The notes under the pieces are model-generated. The model was not told where the DNA came from, ran no database searches, and was given only the letters and a program-made list of their open reading frames with translations. Positions 9,684-20,219 of a stretch of 64,000 bases of DNA are shown piece after piece (the stretch's first letter is position 1; each line of letters opens with the position of its first letter). The stretch is from Phage NC-G, in sequence record MK310184; one strand, 5' to 3'. The position numbers and the translations under genes are program-made.

Positions 9684-10016
9684 TTATTTCACAACATTCC
9701 AATTTTTCATATCAAGTTTACCAACTTTTTTCATCTGAGCAATCAGACGTTCAGCACGTGTACGGGCATTAACGTAATAGAATTCACCAATTTTGTTTTC
9801 TTCGATACGACCAGTAATTACAGTTTTCAGTTCATAAATCCAACCTGTAAAGAAGTTGTGAAGCTCGATGGTAAATGTGAAATCAGTACCCATACCTTCA
9901 GTTGTTTCAACTTCGATGATATCACCTTCAACTGCAGTCAGGACCCACATGGTTTCTTGATATTCACCGTTGAAACATTTAGCTTTAACAGATGCATTCA
10001 GGTTTACAGTTTTCAT
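9684..10016 (-). CDS. Hypothetical protein (110 aa)
   Basis: ORF with the same leader cassette as the neighbouring gene. Confidence 0.55.
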   Translation of the reverse strand: MKTVNLNASVKAKCFNGEYQETMWVLTAVEGDIIEVETTEGMGTDFTFTIELHNFFTGWIYELKTVITGRIEENKIGEFYYVNARTRAERLIAQMKKVGKLDMKNWNVVK

Positions 10017-10076
10017 TTTATTCTCCAGTTTGTTTTCGTATTATTTGGTACATGTCTATAGTATCATGCCTACCGG
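10014..10076 (-). promoter_or_regulatory. Early promoter and leader cassette (PeSL-like), copy 2
   Basis: Minus strand GTATAC, 17 nt, TACTAT-AGAC; the leader matches copy 1 with one mismatch. Confidence 0.5.
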
Positions 10077-10114
10077 AGATGTATACCCTTTTTTAAAGAT
10101 TTAGAAACAAAAAT

Positions 10115-10132
10115 GGGACTCCGAAGAGTCCC
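10115..10132 (-). terminator. Rho-independent terminator, C(UUCG)G hairpin
   Basis: Minus strand gggactc-uucg-gagtccc followed by ATTTTTGTTT. Confidence 0.7.
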
Positions 10133-10137
10133 ATAAC

Positions 10138-10299
10138 TTATGCAATAACTTTACCGAAGCAAGCAGCATCTGCACGCAATACTGCACGAGCACGAGCTTG
10201 AAGCTTATCAACTACCTGATTGATACGCTTGTTAGACGCACGCTTGTAACCAGCGCGTTTAGAGGTTCCGTCAACTACTTTAACTTCTTTCTTAGCCAT
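10138..10299 (-). CDS. Small basic protein (53 aa), absent from the ORF track
   Basis: Hand translation gives MAKKEVKVVDGTSKRAGYKRASNKRINQVVDKLQARARAVLRADAACFGKVIA; strong terminator directly downstream. Confidence 0.5.
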   Translation of the reverse strand: MAKKEVKVVDGTSKRAGYKRASNKRINQVVDKLQARARAVLRADAACFGKVIA

Positions 10300-10652
10300 T
10301 TTTAAATCTCTTAAATTAGGATGCAGGACTTATTGGCGTTGCCTGCGCAAGCCCTCAAGGGGAACATAGGTTTCGGATATTTAACGACAGGATAACCATA
10401 AACCTCGTCATCATAGCTCTTATCTGTTGCACACCGTTAGCTTAAAGGTTCCGGGTTCGATTTCTCGAGGATAAGATATATACTGATGGATATATAGGCC
10501 TTGAGGCGTACTCCCGATTGGCCATCACCTCGGGGTAGCATGCACTTGCCGCTATAAAATAACATTCAAGAGGTACACCGTAAAACTGTCGGGGTCTTAA
10601 AACTATAATGATTCGCAAATCATTAATCAGACAGTTCGACGGCTCCTCGATT
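10300..10652. other. ORF-free island of about 350 bp between rIII and the small basic protein gene
   Basis: No ORF above about 35 codons on either strand; long-range complement between 10351-10360 and 10499-10508; GGTTCGATT T-loop-like motif that does not fold into a tRNA. Confidence 0.5.
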
Positions 10653-10901
10653 TTACTTCAGGGTAATAATAAAATGACGTACTGCTTTACGAGCTGCTGA
10701 AGCCAAAGGCTTAGCATATTTCAGTTCATCTTTTGCTTCCAGTTCAGCAGCCAGAGTAGCCTGAGCAGGATTCAGATGTTTGAAATAACGCAGGATTTCC
10801 AGTGCTTCGGCTTCAACATCAATAGATGCGCCATAGTTTTCGTGACCGTTGTTCCAAGCGTTGCGTTGCAGTTCAAGAGCGTGATTCAGATGTTTGTTCA
10901 T
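10653..10901 (-). CDS. rIII: rIII lysis-inhibition accessory protein
   Basis: Internal start MNKHLNHALELQRNAWNNGHENYGASIDVEAEALEIL... (82 aa) fits my recollection of T4 rIII; position between 31 and the 30.x genes. Confidence 0.75.
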   Translation of the reverse strand: MNKHLNHALELQRNAWNNGHENYGASIDVEAEALEILRYFKHLNPAQATLAAELEAKDELKYAKPLASAARKAVRHFIITLK

Positions 10902-11047
10902 TTTAAATTCTCGATTCGAGATAAAGATTGGTGGACACGTTCTTCTGAATTTCACTTCCTTTCGGCAAGTCTCTCAGTTGTAGTCCACCGCTTAGAATTG
11001 TTCGGTTAACTTATTATTCCGACACCCAATTCATATTATTATTTATA

Positions 11048-11371
11048 TCACTTATAAAGGCACGGAATAGCTTTATAGTGGCAGGTAACGAATTTCTGTT
11101 TAATTTCTTTAGGCTGTTTAATACCCAATGCAACTAAAGGATGAGGCACGTTAGCAATCTTACCAACAGGAAGTGGAGTCAAATCACCTACTTCACAAAA
11201 ACCTTCAGGGACATCAGGCCCTACAGAATAAATTTCACAAAGTTCAGGGATTTCACCTTGATGAAGTTTGCCAATAACGATACCAGATGCAGTAGTTTCT
11301 TCATCACCAGCTTGTTTTGGTTCGGAAACGAGAATAACATATTCTCCGACCGCTTTAATAGGAAGTTCCAT
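11048..11371 (-). CDS. 31: Co-chaperonin for GroEL (T4 gp31-like)
   Basis: [16 protein letters not shown]...PELC...[16 protein letters not shown]...[15 protein letters not shown] matches T4 gp31. Confidence 0.92.
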   Translation of the reverse strand: MELPIKAVGEYVILVSEPKQAGDEETTASGIVIGKLHQGEIPELCEIYSVGPDVPEGFCEVGDLTPLPVGKIANVPHPLVALGIKQPKEIKQKFVTCHYKAIPCLYK

Positions 11372-11429
11372 ATTTAATCCATGTTGTTTTGTTGATAGAT
11401 TAATAATAACACACTATTTTTAAAGCATA

Positions 11430-11726
11430 TTACAGGACAAGCAGAGTTTCAGTCTGAAGGCCGTCAACTGTAATCAGCTTATCGAAACGGAATGAACGCC
11501 ATTGTTGAAGGTCGACATCAAAAACATATAGAGAATTACGTGGGCCTGGTTTACCTGTTTCGGATTTGAAGTCTTCCTTTTTAGGAAGAAGGTCCAGGTC
11601 ACGGGTGCATTTAAGACGACGGATATCACCATTAATCTTTTCAAATACCACTTCGTGGGTGCCTACAGACAGGATGGTTTTTACTTTTTCACAAATACGA
11701 ATGGTTTCTTGTTCAGTTAAAATCAT
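11430..11726 (-). CDS. Hypothetical protein (98 aa)
   Basis: ORF in the 31-to-cd interval. Confidence 0.5.
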   Translation of the reverse strand: MILTEQETIRICEKVKTILSVGTHEVVFEKINGDIRRLKCTRDLDLLPKKEDFKSETGKPGPRNSLYVFDVDLQQWRSFRFDKLITVDGLQTETLLVL

Positions 11727-11728
11727 AA

Positions 11729-11962
11729 TTATTCCAGAATAGTTTTAATAGTGGTTGCATTACGCTCTTTTAGAGCTCTTAATAGGCTATGGCAATTATC
11801 AAGAATAGGCACGGTTTTGTATTTCATTTCGGCGCGAACCCACTCGGATTTATAGTACGATTTCCAACGAGAGAAAAAGTACTTTTTGTATTCTACCGAA
11901 TAGGCTACTAAGCTTTCGCCTTTTGAGTTCAGAGCTGAAAACTTCACTAATCGAAATTTCAT
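11729..11962 (-). CDS. Hypothetical protein (77 aa)
   Basis: ORF; stop overlaps the cd start. Confidence 0.45.
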   Translation of the reverse strand: MKFRLVKFSALNSKGESLVAYSVEYKKYFFSRWKSYYKSEWVRAEMKYKTVPILDNCHSLLRALKERNATTIKTILE

Positions 11963-12507
11963 TATTCACCACAATAGTTTTGAATTGATTCCCAGTTCAG
12001 AGAACGGAGACCAGTACGGTTATACTGGATAACTTCGATGCCTGATTCACGGAGGATATCATCCCATCCTTCAGGATTTCGGTCATAAAGTTCAGCATAA
12101 ACCAGCGTTTTAATTCCGGACTGCGCAATAGACTTAGCACAATCGGCACACGGAGATAGTGTCACATACATCGTAGCACCGTCAATAGAACTTCCTGTAC
12201 GAGCTGCGAACAGGATAGCATTCAGTTCGGCATGGATTTCATTTTTGGATGACCATGCAGCATGAGCCATACGGTGTTCTTTAAGAAGAATCGATTTATG
12301 GGACATTCGTGCCGGGTCATACACAACACGAGTCCAGTCCTGTTCCACTGCATGGTCACAACAGTTAACACCGCCAGACGGTGAACCATTATATCCTGTA
12401 GAGATAATGCGACCATTCTTTTCGATAACCGCACCCACTTTCCATGAACAACATTTTGATTCTTGAGAAATCAGATATGCAATCTGAAGGTATGTGCTTG
12501 CTTTCAT
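11962..12507 (-). CDS. cd: dCMP deaminase
   Basis: Cytidine/deoxycytidylate deaminase zinc motifs HAELNAI and PCADCA; T4 cd position. Confidence 0.9.
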   Translation of the reverse strand: MKASTYLQIAYLISQESKCCSWKVGAVIEKNGRIISTGYNGSPSGGVNCCDHAVEQDWTRVVYDPARMSHKSILLKEHRMAHAAWSSKNEIHAELNAILFAARTGSSIDGATMYVTLSPCADCAKSIAQSGIKTLVYAELYDRNPEGWDDILRESGIEVIQYNRTGLRSLNWESIQNYCGE

Positions 12508-12887
12508 TACATCACCACTAGATAAGCTGTGTTATTGGTTTCGACACGATATAAATCGGTACGAAGTTTAGTGATAGATTTCACACGTGAGGTTAATATA
12601 CCACAACCATCTGGGAAGCGTTTTTGTTTATCGAAAAATACTGCTGCTGGTATCCTATCACCAATTTCAACCGGAAGAAAAGTAGCCAGTACCGCACCAT
12701 ACATAGAAGTATGGATGCTTTGGAATTCTTCGCTCAGCTTAAAAAGGTCTTTGATATACTGAGTGGCCTTTTCAGAGAGACCTCGATGGTCTCCATCTTC
12801 GTCAGATTGTAAGGTGGCATTAACTGCTAGTTTTAAATTAAGCATCAATATATACTCGCTGCGCTTCGACCAGACCATCAGAACCAA
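12507..12887 (-). CDS. Hypothetical protein
   Basis: ORF; true start probably an internal Met, since the track ORF overlaps the upstream gene. Confidence 0.45.
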   Translation of the reverse strand: MVLMVWSKRSEYILMLNLKLAVNATLQSDEDGDHRGLSEKATQYIKDLFKLSEEFQSIHTSMYGAVLATFLPVEIGDRIPAAVFFDKQKRFPDGCGILTSRVKSITKLRTDLYRVETNNTAYLVVM

Positions 12888-13074
12888 GTTTTAACCGGGT
12901 AATCTGGTCGCCATTTTTAGGATTAACGATAACCAATACCGCCCGTGGTGATTCCTGAATTACTCGCAGAGTTGCATCAGGAAAACGTATAGAAACCTTA
13001 TTAATCAGGGCCTGAGCAAATTCTTTAACTTTAACTTGGAACTGCTCTACAGTAATAGGTTGTTCGCTCAGCAT
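12838..13074 (-). CDS. Hypothetical protein (78 aa)
   Basis: ORF. Confidence 0.45.
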   Translation of the reverse strand: MLSEQPITVEQFQVKVKEFAQALINKVSIRFPDATLRVIQESPRAVLVIVNPKNGDQITRLKLGSDGLVEAQRVYIDA

Positions 13075-13739
13075 TAGATGGTCTCCAACTTAAGTTGTTT
13101 GGTAGTGGTAGCTTGGGTAACGTCGCCTTTAACAATATAACACACTTGTTGGAACGAACTGGTCAAAAGCTCTTCGGCCTGACGATCGGCTTGTTCCTTT
13201 GTGTTATGGCGAGAATGAACTTCAATCTTACCATTTTTAACGATAAGCACTTTCCAATCCGCAGTGGCTTTTACTGGTTTAGGTTCGTCATTTTCAGGAA
13301 TACTCACCGAGGCCAGTGGACGTACCACTTCAATAAAGTAATCGAATTCGTGGCCAAAAAAGCCTGTTGAATTAAAAAGAACGGCATTTGCATCATCAGG
13401 ATTACCTGTGATTTTGCTCGGGTCGACAAACATCATCTCGTCATATACACGAATTCGGCTTACACGTTCACGCCCATTATGGTAATCAATTTCAACTTCA
13501 AAAGGGTTCATACCTACATACTTGGCAAAAGCCGTATTGAGGCCGTAAGCGCCGTTATTAGTGAATTTGTTTTTAGTGTATTCACTACCGAACTTATAAA
13601 ACTTACGCTCTTCAAAGAACTTGCTCATTTCGATTTCCTCATTTGTTTCGGTAGGACTACTATACCACAGTCCTACCATGATGTAAACACTTAAATTGCT
13701 TCGACAACTACCGTTTGTTTCTGGAAGTCCATTTTGCAT
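13074..13739 (-). CDS. Hypothetical protein (probably about 184 aa, start MSKFFEERK)
   Basis: ORF; N-terminal extension overlaps the upstream gene. Confidence 0.5.
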   Translation of the reverse strand: MQNGLPETNGSCRSNLSVYIMVGLWYSSPTETNEEIEMSKFFEERKFYKFGSEYTKNKFTNNGAYGLNTAFAKYVGMNPFEVEIDYHNGRERVSRIRVYDEMMFVDPSKITGNPDDANAVLFNSTGFFGHEFDYFIEVVRPLASVSIPENDEPKPVKATADWKVLIVKNGKIEVHSRHNTKEQADRQAEELLTSSFQQVCYIVKGDVTQATTTKQLKLETI

Positions 13740-13969
13740 GAAATAGCCAAAATGTGGTTATCAATTTTAAATGGAACAATTGCAAATGCTGCACCAGGCG
13801 TGAGTTGGACAGTGATTGCATCAACTGCATCCGGGAACATGATTTCCAGAATAGCAGACAAACGTCCGTGCACTTTTAATTCAGTCGACGTGTCGACAGG
13901 TTCGTATAGGTAATCAGATACAATCTGACTAAAAACTACTTTAACAATTTCAGAATAAGTAGGGAACAT
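13691..13969 (-). CDS. Hypothetical protein (92 aa)
   Basis: ORF. Confidence 0.45.
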   Translation of the reverse strand: MFPTYSEIVKVVFSQIVSDYLYEPVDTSTELKVHGRLSAILEIMFPDAVDAITVQLTPGAAFAIVPFKIDNHILAISCKMDFQKQTVVVEAI

Positions 13970-13976
13970 AATTACC

Positions 13977-14297
13977 TCAGTGTACTGTATGGACCTTCAC
14001 GTTAACAATAAACCGGTCAACGACTTCAGTCAGAGGAACGAACTCAACATAGTACTCACCTTTGTAACGTTCATTCAAATCGTTACGGAGAGCTGCCAGT
14101 GAGTTAATGAGGGTAGGAGACATATTAAGTCCTACCAGTTTCTGAAGCTCTTTATAAGCTTCTTCTTCAACTTCATGGTGTTTGTTATACATAATGTTTT
14201 TCCAAGAAGGCAAGGAGTTCTGGCGCGGATTTAAAAATACCACCATCGACCTTGTCTTCATCTTTATAGTCCATAACATCCAGGCCAATACGTCCAT
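13977..14297 (-). CDS. Hypothetical protein
   Basis: ORF; likely internal start. Confidence 0.45.
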   Translation of the reverse strand: MDVLAWMLWTIKMKTRSMVVFLNPRQNSLPSWKNIMYNKHHEVEEEAYKELQKLVGLNMSPTLINSLAALRNDLNERYKGEYYVEFVPLTEVVDRFIVNVKVHTVH

Positions 14298-14381
14298 CAG
14301 TTAAAGGCCATACACCGAAGAAAAAGCATTTACGTTTTTCAATTTCTTCGATTGTACGAAAAATCTTTTCGATATTATTCA

Positions 14382-14382
<1 letters not shown>
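14185..14382 (-). CDS. Hypothetical protein (about 65 aa)
   Basis: Start at MNNIEKIF directly abutting the pseT stop. Confidence 0.4.
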
Positions 14383-15603
<1,221 letters not shown>

Positions 15604-15607
<4 letters not shown>

Positions 15608-16122
15608 ACACCAAGCTCCTTATAAAGTTCTTCACGACAAGTTTTAAGGATTTTACCTGATTCGTAAGCTGCACTTTCAGAAACATCACCAAGTGCAACA
15701 GCAGATTGCATTTGACCATGGCGCTTAGCCGCGTATTCAAAACTTTTTACTAGTTCGCGAATACGTTCTTTTTCATTGTACTCTTCAATGAATTCAGAGT
15801 ATTCCCAAACTGGACGCATCATACGATACCACTGTTGGACGGTAATATAATTACTTCCATCTAAATTAATAATCTGTGAAGGCTCAATAGCACCAGGAGC
15901 ATAAAAAGTTACCTGTCTTACTACATCAATACCGTCCACAATAGCCCAAGCAAAATCGAAAGTGGCCTTCTTTTCAATTGGTGTACTTGCACAGGACCCT
16001 AATTTTAAGAGCTTTTGTAATACAGGAGATTTAATACTTGAAATGTATTCAGGCTTAGCCACAAAACTGTTATCACGTAATGTCATAATAATTTCCTCAA
16101 TTTTTATAATCCGTAGGACCAT
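15604..16122 (-). CDS. Hypothetical protein (172 aa)
   Basis: ORF. Confidence 0.5.
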
Positions 16123-16253
16123 TATACTCTGATCCCAAGAGTTTGTAAACTACTTTCCAAAAATACCATTCATACACAGGCTGAACACGATACCAAAGCA
16201 AAAACATGCAGCACCGAATTTAAAAACACCCCACCCATCGATACAGGCTTCAA

Positions 16254-16544
16254 TCATTTGCACTTCTCCTCTTTTAATCCGGAACGATAATAACATAACA
16301 TAGATTTCTGGTCTTGTACATATCTTTTTACGTCATTCAACCAAATACGATGTTCTTGTGAGTCTTCAAATGGCATACCGACCCACGCCTTACCATCGAT
16401 TACCTTAACCTGCCACTTAACATTGTGTTCGGCAATAGGTTGTGGCCATGAAGGGTGGAGTTGTTGTTTAGGCACTACAGGAACATCCTGGGCACACCCA
16501 ACTAGCAAGCCAATAGATAACATTACTGCAGACAATTTAATCAT
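16254..16544 (-). CDS. Outer-membrane spanin lipoprotein (T4 PseT.2-like)
   Basis: Signal peptide with LLVGC lipobox, C-terminal cysteines, immediately after the i-spanin gene. Confidence 0.65.
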   Translation of the reverse strand: MIKLSAVMLSIGLLVGCAQDVPVVPKQQLHPSWPQPIAEHNVKWQVKVIDGKAWVGMPFEDSQEHRIWLNDVKRYVQDQKSMLCYYRSGLKEEKCK

Positions 16545-16894
16545 TCTGTAATGCTCCTGAAGTCTTGGGTAAAGGAATCGAAGGAGTTGTTGATTTGTTT
16601 TTCGACCAATCCTGGCTTACTTGCCACCACGTGCGCCTTCTTCGAATCTTTACGGAGCTTTTCATTTTCTACCTTAATTTTATCCATTCGGGCATTCATT
16701 TCAGTAGTACGGAATTCAATATCCGAGTATTGAGCACGAAGGTCCTCTACAGCTTCGGCGTTCTGTTTAGCCGCTTCCTGGGTTGTTTTCAGTTCTTCAG
16801 TTAATGTATCAATACGGCTTGATTGATACGAAATAAAACCGTAAGCACCTACTACAATGGCTCCAGCTAAAAGGTAAATACTTAATTTAGACAT
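16541..16894 (-). CDS. Inner-membrane spanin (T4 PseT.3-like)
   Basis: N-terminal transmembrane segment followed by a coiled-coil-like charged region; 117 aa. Confidence 0.65.
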   Translation of the reverse strand: MSKLSIYLLAGAIVVGAYGFISYQSSRIDTLTEELKTTQEAAKQNAEAVEDLRAQYSDIEFRTTEMNARMDKIKVENEKLRKDSKKAHVVASKPGLVEKQINNSFDSFTQDFRSITE

Positions 16895-17382
16895 TTGGTA
16901 ATAATCTCGATGATGTCATCACGTGACAGGGAGTTGATAAGAACCGTTTTAGGGTTTTCACACTGGATTTTATACGTTTCAAACATCACGCACAATTCTT
17001 CAGCGGTATGGTAAGGGCTCGAAATGCCAAGGCGATTAAACTTATCGCTTAATGGGTCGCAAATCAAATAGAAAGTGATTCCTGCGATTTTGACATTAGG
17101 TTGGCTGATATTAATGAATACCTCAGCATCATACTTGGAAAGGTTGTTTTGGAGAAACTCTACCATAGAGTTAACAGCTTCCGGCATGGCTTCACGCTTT
17201 TCTTCTGCATAACGGGTAGAGTATTCTTTTTGCTTAATTTTCTTTTTAGCATTTTTAGCTAAAGTAACACGAAGATCGGTTAGGTACCCTACTGCACGAG
17301 AACCTTTAAAAACTTGGATACCGTCAGTAGAGTCACCAAAAGCTTTAACAACCATTTCGTTGGTAATCATTTGCATATTCAT
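16882..17382 (-). CDS. Hypothetical protein in the alc position (166 aa)
   Basis: Size and position between rnlA and the spanins fit T4 alc; no sequence confirmation. Confidence 0.35.
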   Translation of the reverse strand: MNMQMITNEMVVKAFGDSTDGIQVFKGSRAVGYLTDLRVTLAKNAKKKIKQKEYSTRYAEEKREAMPEAVNSMVEFLQNNLSKYDAEVFINISQPNVKIAGITFYLICDPLSDKFNRLGISSPYHTAEELCVMFETYKIQCENPKTVLINSLSRDDIIEIITKCLN

Positions 17383-17407
17383 TTTGTTTTCTCCTCATTA
17401 GTTGGTA

Positions 17408-17451
17408 AGTCTATACTAACACATCATGAGGAGATGTAAACTACTCTATCA
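17408..17451 (-). promoter_or_regulatory. Early promoter (GTTTAC, 17 nt, TAGTAT-AGAC)
   Basis: Motif-family member overlapping the 3' end of rnlA. Confidence 0.45.
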
Positions 17452-18589
17452 CAATTTCCTTCAAATATTTTTCAGGGATTTGGGCCTTATGATTTTTCAA
17501 GAACACTGAGTTAATCTGGTCCATGACCGTATCATAATTAATACCGTCTACGTACGCCTGCATAAGAATAGAGAACAACCCTGGGAAGTCTTTGAGGATT
17601 AACTGACCGGTAACAGCATAGTCCTTACGGTCACGGCCCTTGAGCTGAGAATATGCTGCTTCTAACAAAGCCAAAGACTGTTCTAAGTAGTCTAAATGAA
17701 TACGTTCAAATGCATTGATTTTCTCAATAGCAAACGAATCCGCACTGAACAAACCTCGGAGGTCATCGGTTCCACCAGCCACTACAACTTCAAACAAACG
17801 CTCATTATTGTTAATGGAATCCTTGGTATGATGCAGTGCGCTATACCAAGCGGTTTTGAGTTTAAAGAACGTGCCATCTTTAAGTACAAAGATAAAGCCT
17901 TCAATACCCTCTTGTTTACGGATATTGTCAACAAAATCGCCTTCAGAGAGTTCGTAGCTTTTAACCAAATGCTTACGCAGAGCGCCATCTTTAAACAGTT
18001 CAGCGTAAGGGATATACTCGCCCGTTTCATTATTACGAACGTTCAGTAAGATAAGGTTTGTTTCTTGGTAAGCCAGCACAATACGGTTAGTAGGCGAAAC
18101 ATACTCGAGGTTGCATGTATAACCTGCTTTAGTAATTTCTTCTAAACGAGCAGCGAAGGCTTCGTTTTCAGGGAGACGAAGGAACCGTAAAGAATCATGC
18201 ACCATCGACGAATGGATAGAGCCTTTAGATTTAACGGAAAGATATTGTCTGTCCATGAAGGTAGAAATCAAGGACCCATCTTCCTTAGCCATTACAAGGT
18301 CAATATTTTCTTTTGATAAATCCAAACCGATAGTCAATGGGTTTTCATCGAGATTAAAGAACTTTTGCATAGGACGAGCAGCGATACGTACAGGACCGTT
18401 CTCGCCCATCTCAAACATAATGCCTCGGCACTCTAGTGCGCCGTCTTCCAACCAATCGCTGTACGATGCATAGTTATAACTAAAGATGCGATAGTTGACT
18501 CCTAGCGCACTCTGGAAGTCTTTAAAGAAGAACTTAGATTTAGTTGAGTTTTTAACCAAAGCCATCAAGTTATCATATAATTCAATCAT
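17441..18589 (-). CDS. rnlA: RNA ligase 1
   Basis: YRIFSYNYASYSDWL...ALECRGIMFE and KEDGSL ligase motif I match T4 Rnl1. Confidence 0.92.
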   Translation of the reverse strand: MIELYDNLMALVKNSTKSKFFFKDFQSALGVNYRIFSYNYASYSDWLEDGALECRGIMFEMGENGPVRIAARPMQKFFNLDENPLTIGLDLSKENIDLVMAKEDGSLISTFMDRQYLSVKSKGSIHSSMVHDSLRFLRLPENEAFAARLEEITKAGYTCNLEYVSPTNRIVLAYQETNLILLNVRNNETGEYIPYAELFKDGALRKHLVKSYELSEGDFVDNIRKQEGIEGFIFVLKDGTFFKLKTAWYSALHHTKDSINNNERLFEVVVAGGTDDLRGLFSADSFAIEKINAFERIHLDYLEQSLALLEAAYSQLKGRDRKDYAVTGQLILKDFPGLFSILMQAYVDGINYDTVMDQINSVFLKNHKAQIPEKYLKEIVIE

Positions 18590-18999
18590 TGCTTTATCCT
18601 ATGTTGGGTATTCCAAGGTGGATTAAATTTCTTTATGAACATTGGCTCTTCAAGAGACATGGTCTCAACTGACATAGTTCCAAGTTCGTTAGTCATCGAC
18701 AGATTAAAGCACTGTCTAGCATAGAACTCTACCTTTTTACCAGCCATTAACGCTTCATGAATCAGAATGGACTTAGTCGAATCCGATGTTTGGTCCTTAC
18801 GATTAATAGCGGTTCGGTAGTAGTTGATGCGTTTACGAAGATTTTTGGTCTTCCCGATGTAGACTAGTATATCATCAACTGCTATAGCATATATGACATT
18901 TTGTTTATTTGGAACCGTGATAGGGGCTATAGTAGCATCTGTTTGGAGCTCCAGTGTAACGTACTTGATAAAGCTAAATTCATCTGCGATTTCTTTCAT
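18586..18999 (-). CDS. denA: Endonuclease II (GIY-YIG type)
   Basis: VIYAIAVDDILVYIGKTKNLRKRINYY motif; start at MKEIADE. The track extension is the translation of a hairpin. Confidence 0.75.
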   Translation of the reverse strand: MKEIADEFSFIKYVTLELQTDATIAPITVPNKQNVIYAIAVDDILVYIGKTKNLRKRINYYRTAINRKDQTSDSTKSILIHEALMAGKKVEFYARQCFNLSMTNELGTMSVETMSLEEPMFIKKFNPPWNTQHRIKQ

Positions 19000-19007
19000 A
19001 GCAATAA

Positions 19008-19021
19008 GGGGCCGAAGCCCC
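19008..19021 (-). terminator. C(UUCG)G hairpin between nrdB and denA
   Basis: Minus strand ggggc-uucg-gcccc. Confidence 0.5.
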
Positions 19022-19026
19022 ATTCC

Positions 19027-20196
19027 TTAAAAATATTTCTTGTATGACGCCATTACTTTTTCATCGACATCATTATCAATTTGTGCTACAAGGTAAGAAC
19101 TGATTTCCACTTCCTGAGGAGCAGCCTGTACAGCATCAGAGTTCAGGTATTCGCGAATCCAAGGATACGGATGGCGAGTAGGGGCATCAGTAATAGGACA
19201 TGGTAAGCCGCATTGCTTCATACGAGAAACTGTCAGGTAATCGACAAAAGCACCCATGTTCTGAGTATTTAATCCAGGGCAAGTACCATCTTTGAACAGG
19301 TGAGCGGCCCACTCTTTTTCTTGACGGTTAACTTCCATGAAAATATCAACTGCTTCTTGTTCGCACTCTTGAGCAATTTTAACCCATTCATCGCCATCAG
19401 TGCCAAGTTGAAGTTGACGAATAATGTACTGAGTACCTTTAAGGTGAAGCTGTTCATCGCGTGCAATGAACTTCATAATTTTAGCATTGCCTTCCATGAT
19501 TTCCATGTTCTTATGGAAGTTAAAGGTACATGCGAAAGATACGTAAAAACGAATAGCTTCTAATGCATTGATTACGTGCAGGCAGAGGTAAAGAGAACGC
19601 ATTAGTTCATATTTGGCGGTTTTAACACCTTCACTGAACTCATGGTATTCTTCTAAAGCATTTTGGTATTTACGTGTTTTCTCAATAACATCATCATAAT
19701 AACGACCAATAGATTCGGCACGTTTCATGATAGCTTCATCTAACAGAATTTCATCAAATACCTTAGATGGGTCTGTATAGAGGTTACGCATGATATGGGT
19801 ATACGAACGAGAGTGAATGGTTTCACTAAAGGTCCATGTGGCCACCCATGTATCAAGGCTAGGGTCTGAAATCAATGCTTGGAGTGCAGCAGAAGGGGCA
19901 CGTCCCTGGATACTATCCAGAAGTGATTGATACTTCAGGTTATTGGTAAAAATATTTTGCTGGAATTGTGGAAGCTTATTAAACTGGGCAGCATCCATCA
20001 TCAAGTTAACTTCCTCTGGACGCCAGAAAAAACTCAACTGCTTTTCACAAAGCTCTTCGAATACTTTATGACGTTGGATATCGTAACGAGCAATACCCAA
20101 TCCTGAACCAAAGAACATCGGTTCGACTAAAACATCAACTGGGGTAGTATTAAAAACTGTAGACATGTTATTCTCATTTGTTAGTGACTCATCCAT
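19027..20196 (-). CDS. nrdB: Ribonucleotide reductase small subunit
   Basis: 389 aa single ORF with R2-type motifs; no intron interruption. Confidence 0.92.
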   Translation of the reverse strand: MDESLTNENNMSTVFNTTPVDVLVEPMFFGSGLGIARYDIQRHKVFEELCEKQLSFFWRPEEVNLMMDAAQFNKLPQFQQNIFTNNLKYQSLLDSIQGRAPSAALQALISDPSLDTWVATWTFSETIHSRSYTHIMRNLYTDPSKVFDEILLDEAIMKRAESIGRYYDDVIEKTRKYQNALEEYHEFSEGVKTAKYELMRSLYLCLHVINALEAIRFYVSFACTFNFHKNMEIMEGNAKIMKFIARDEQLHLKGTQYIIRQLQLGTDGDEWVKIAQECEQEAVDIFMEVNRQEKEWAAHLFKDGTCPGLNTQNMGAFVDYLTVSRMKQCGLPCPITDAPTRHPYPWIREYLNSDAVQAAPQEVEISSYLVAQIDNDVDEKVMASYKKYF

Positions 20197-20219
20197 GAGT
20201 CAATTATAATCAGATTTTA

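Noticed and set aside
10440-10475. Possible tRNA suggested by a GGTTCGATT T-loop-like motif
   Set aside because: Flanking sequence does not form a T-stem, acceptor stem or anticodon arm; no cloverleaf could be built by hand.
18999-19023. N-terminal extensions in track ORFs (MGLRPLIAM for denA, MEASASFEEN at 9202-9235, MNMRCSS... at 44759-44830)
   Set aside because: These are translations of C(UUCG)G hairpins or regulatory repeats; internal Met codons with Shine-Dalgarno sequences are the likelier starts.
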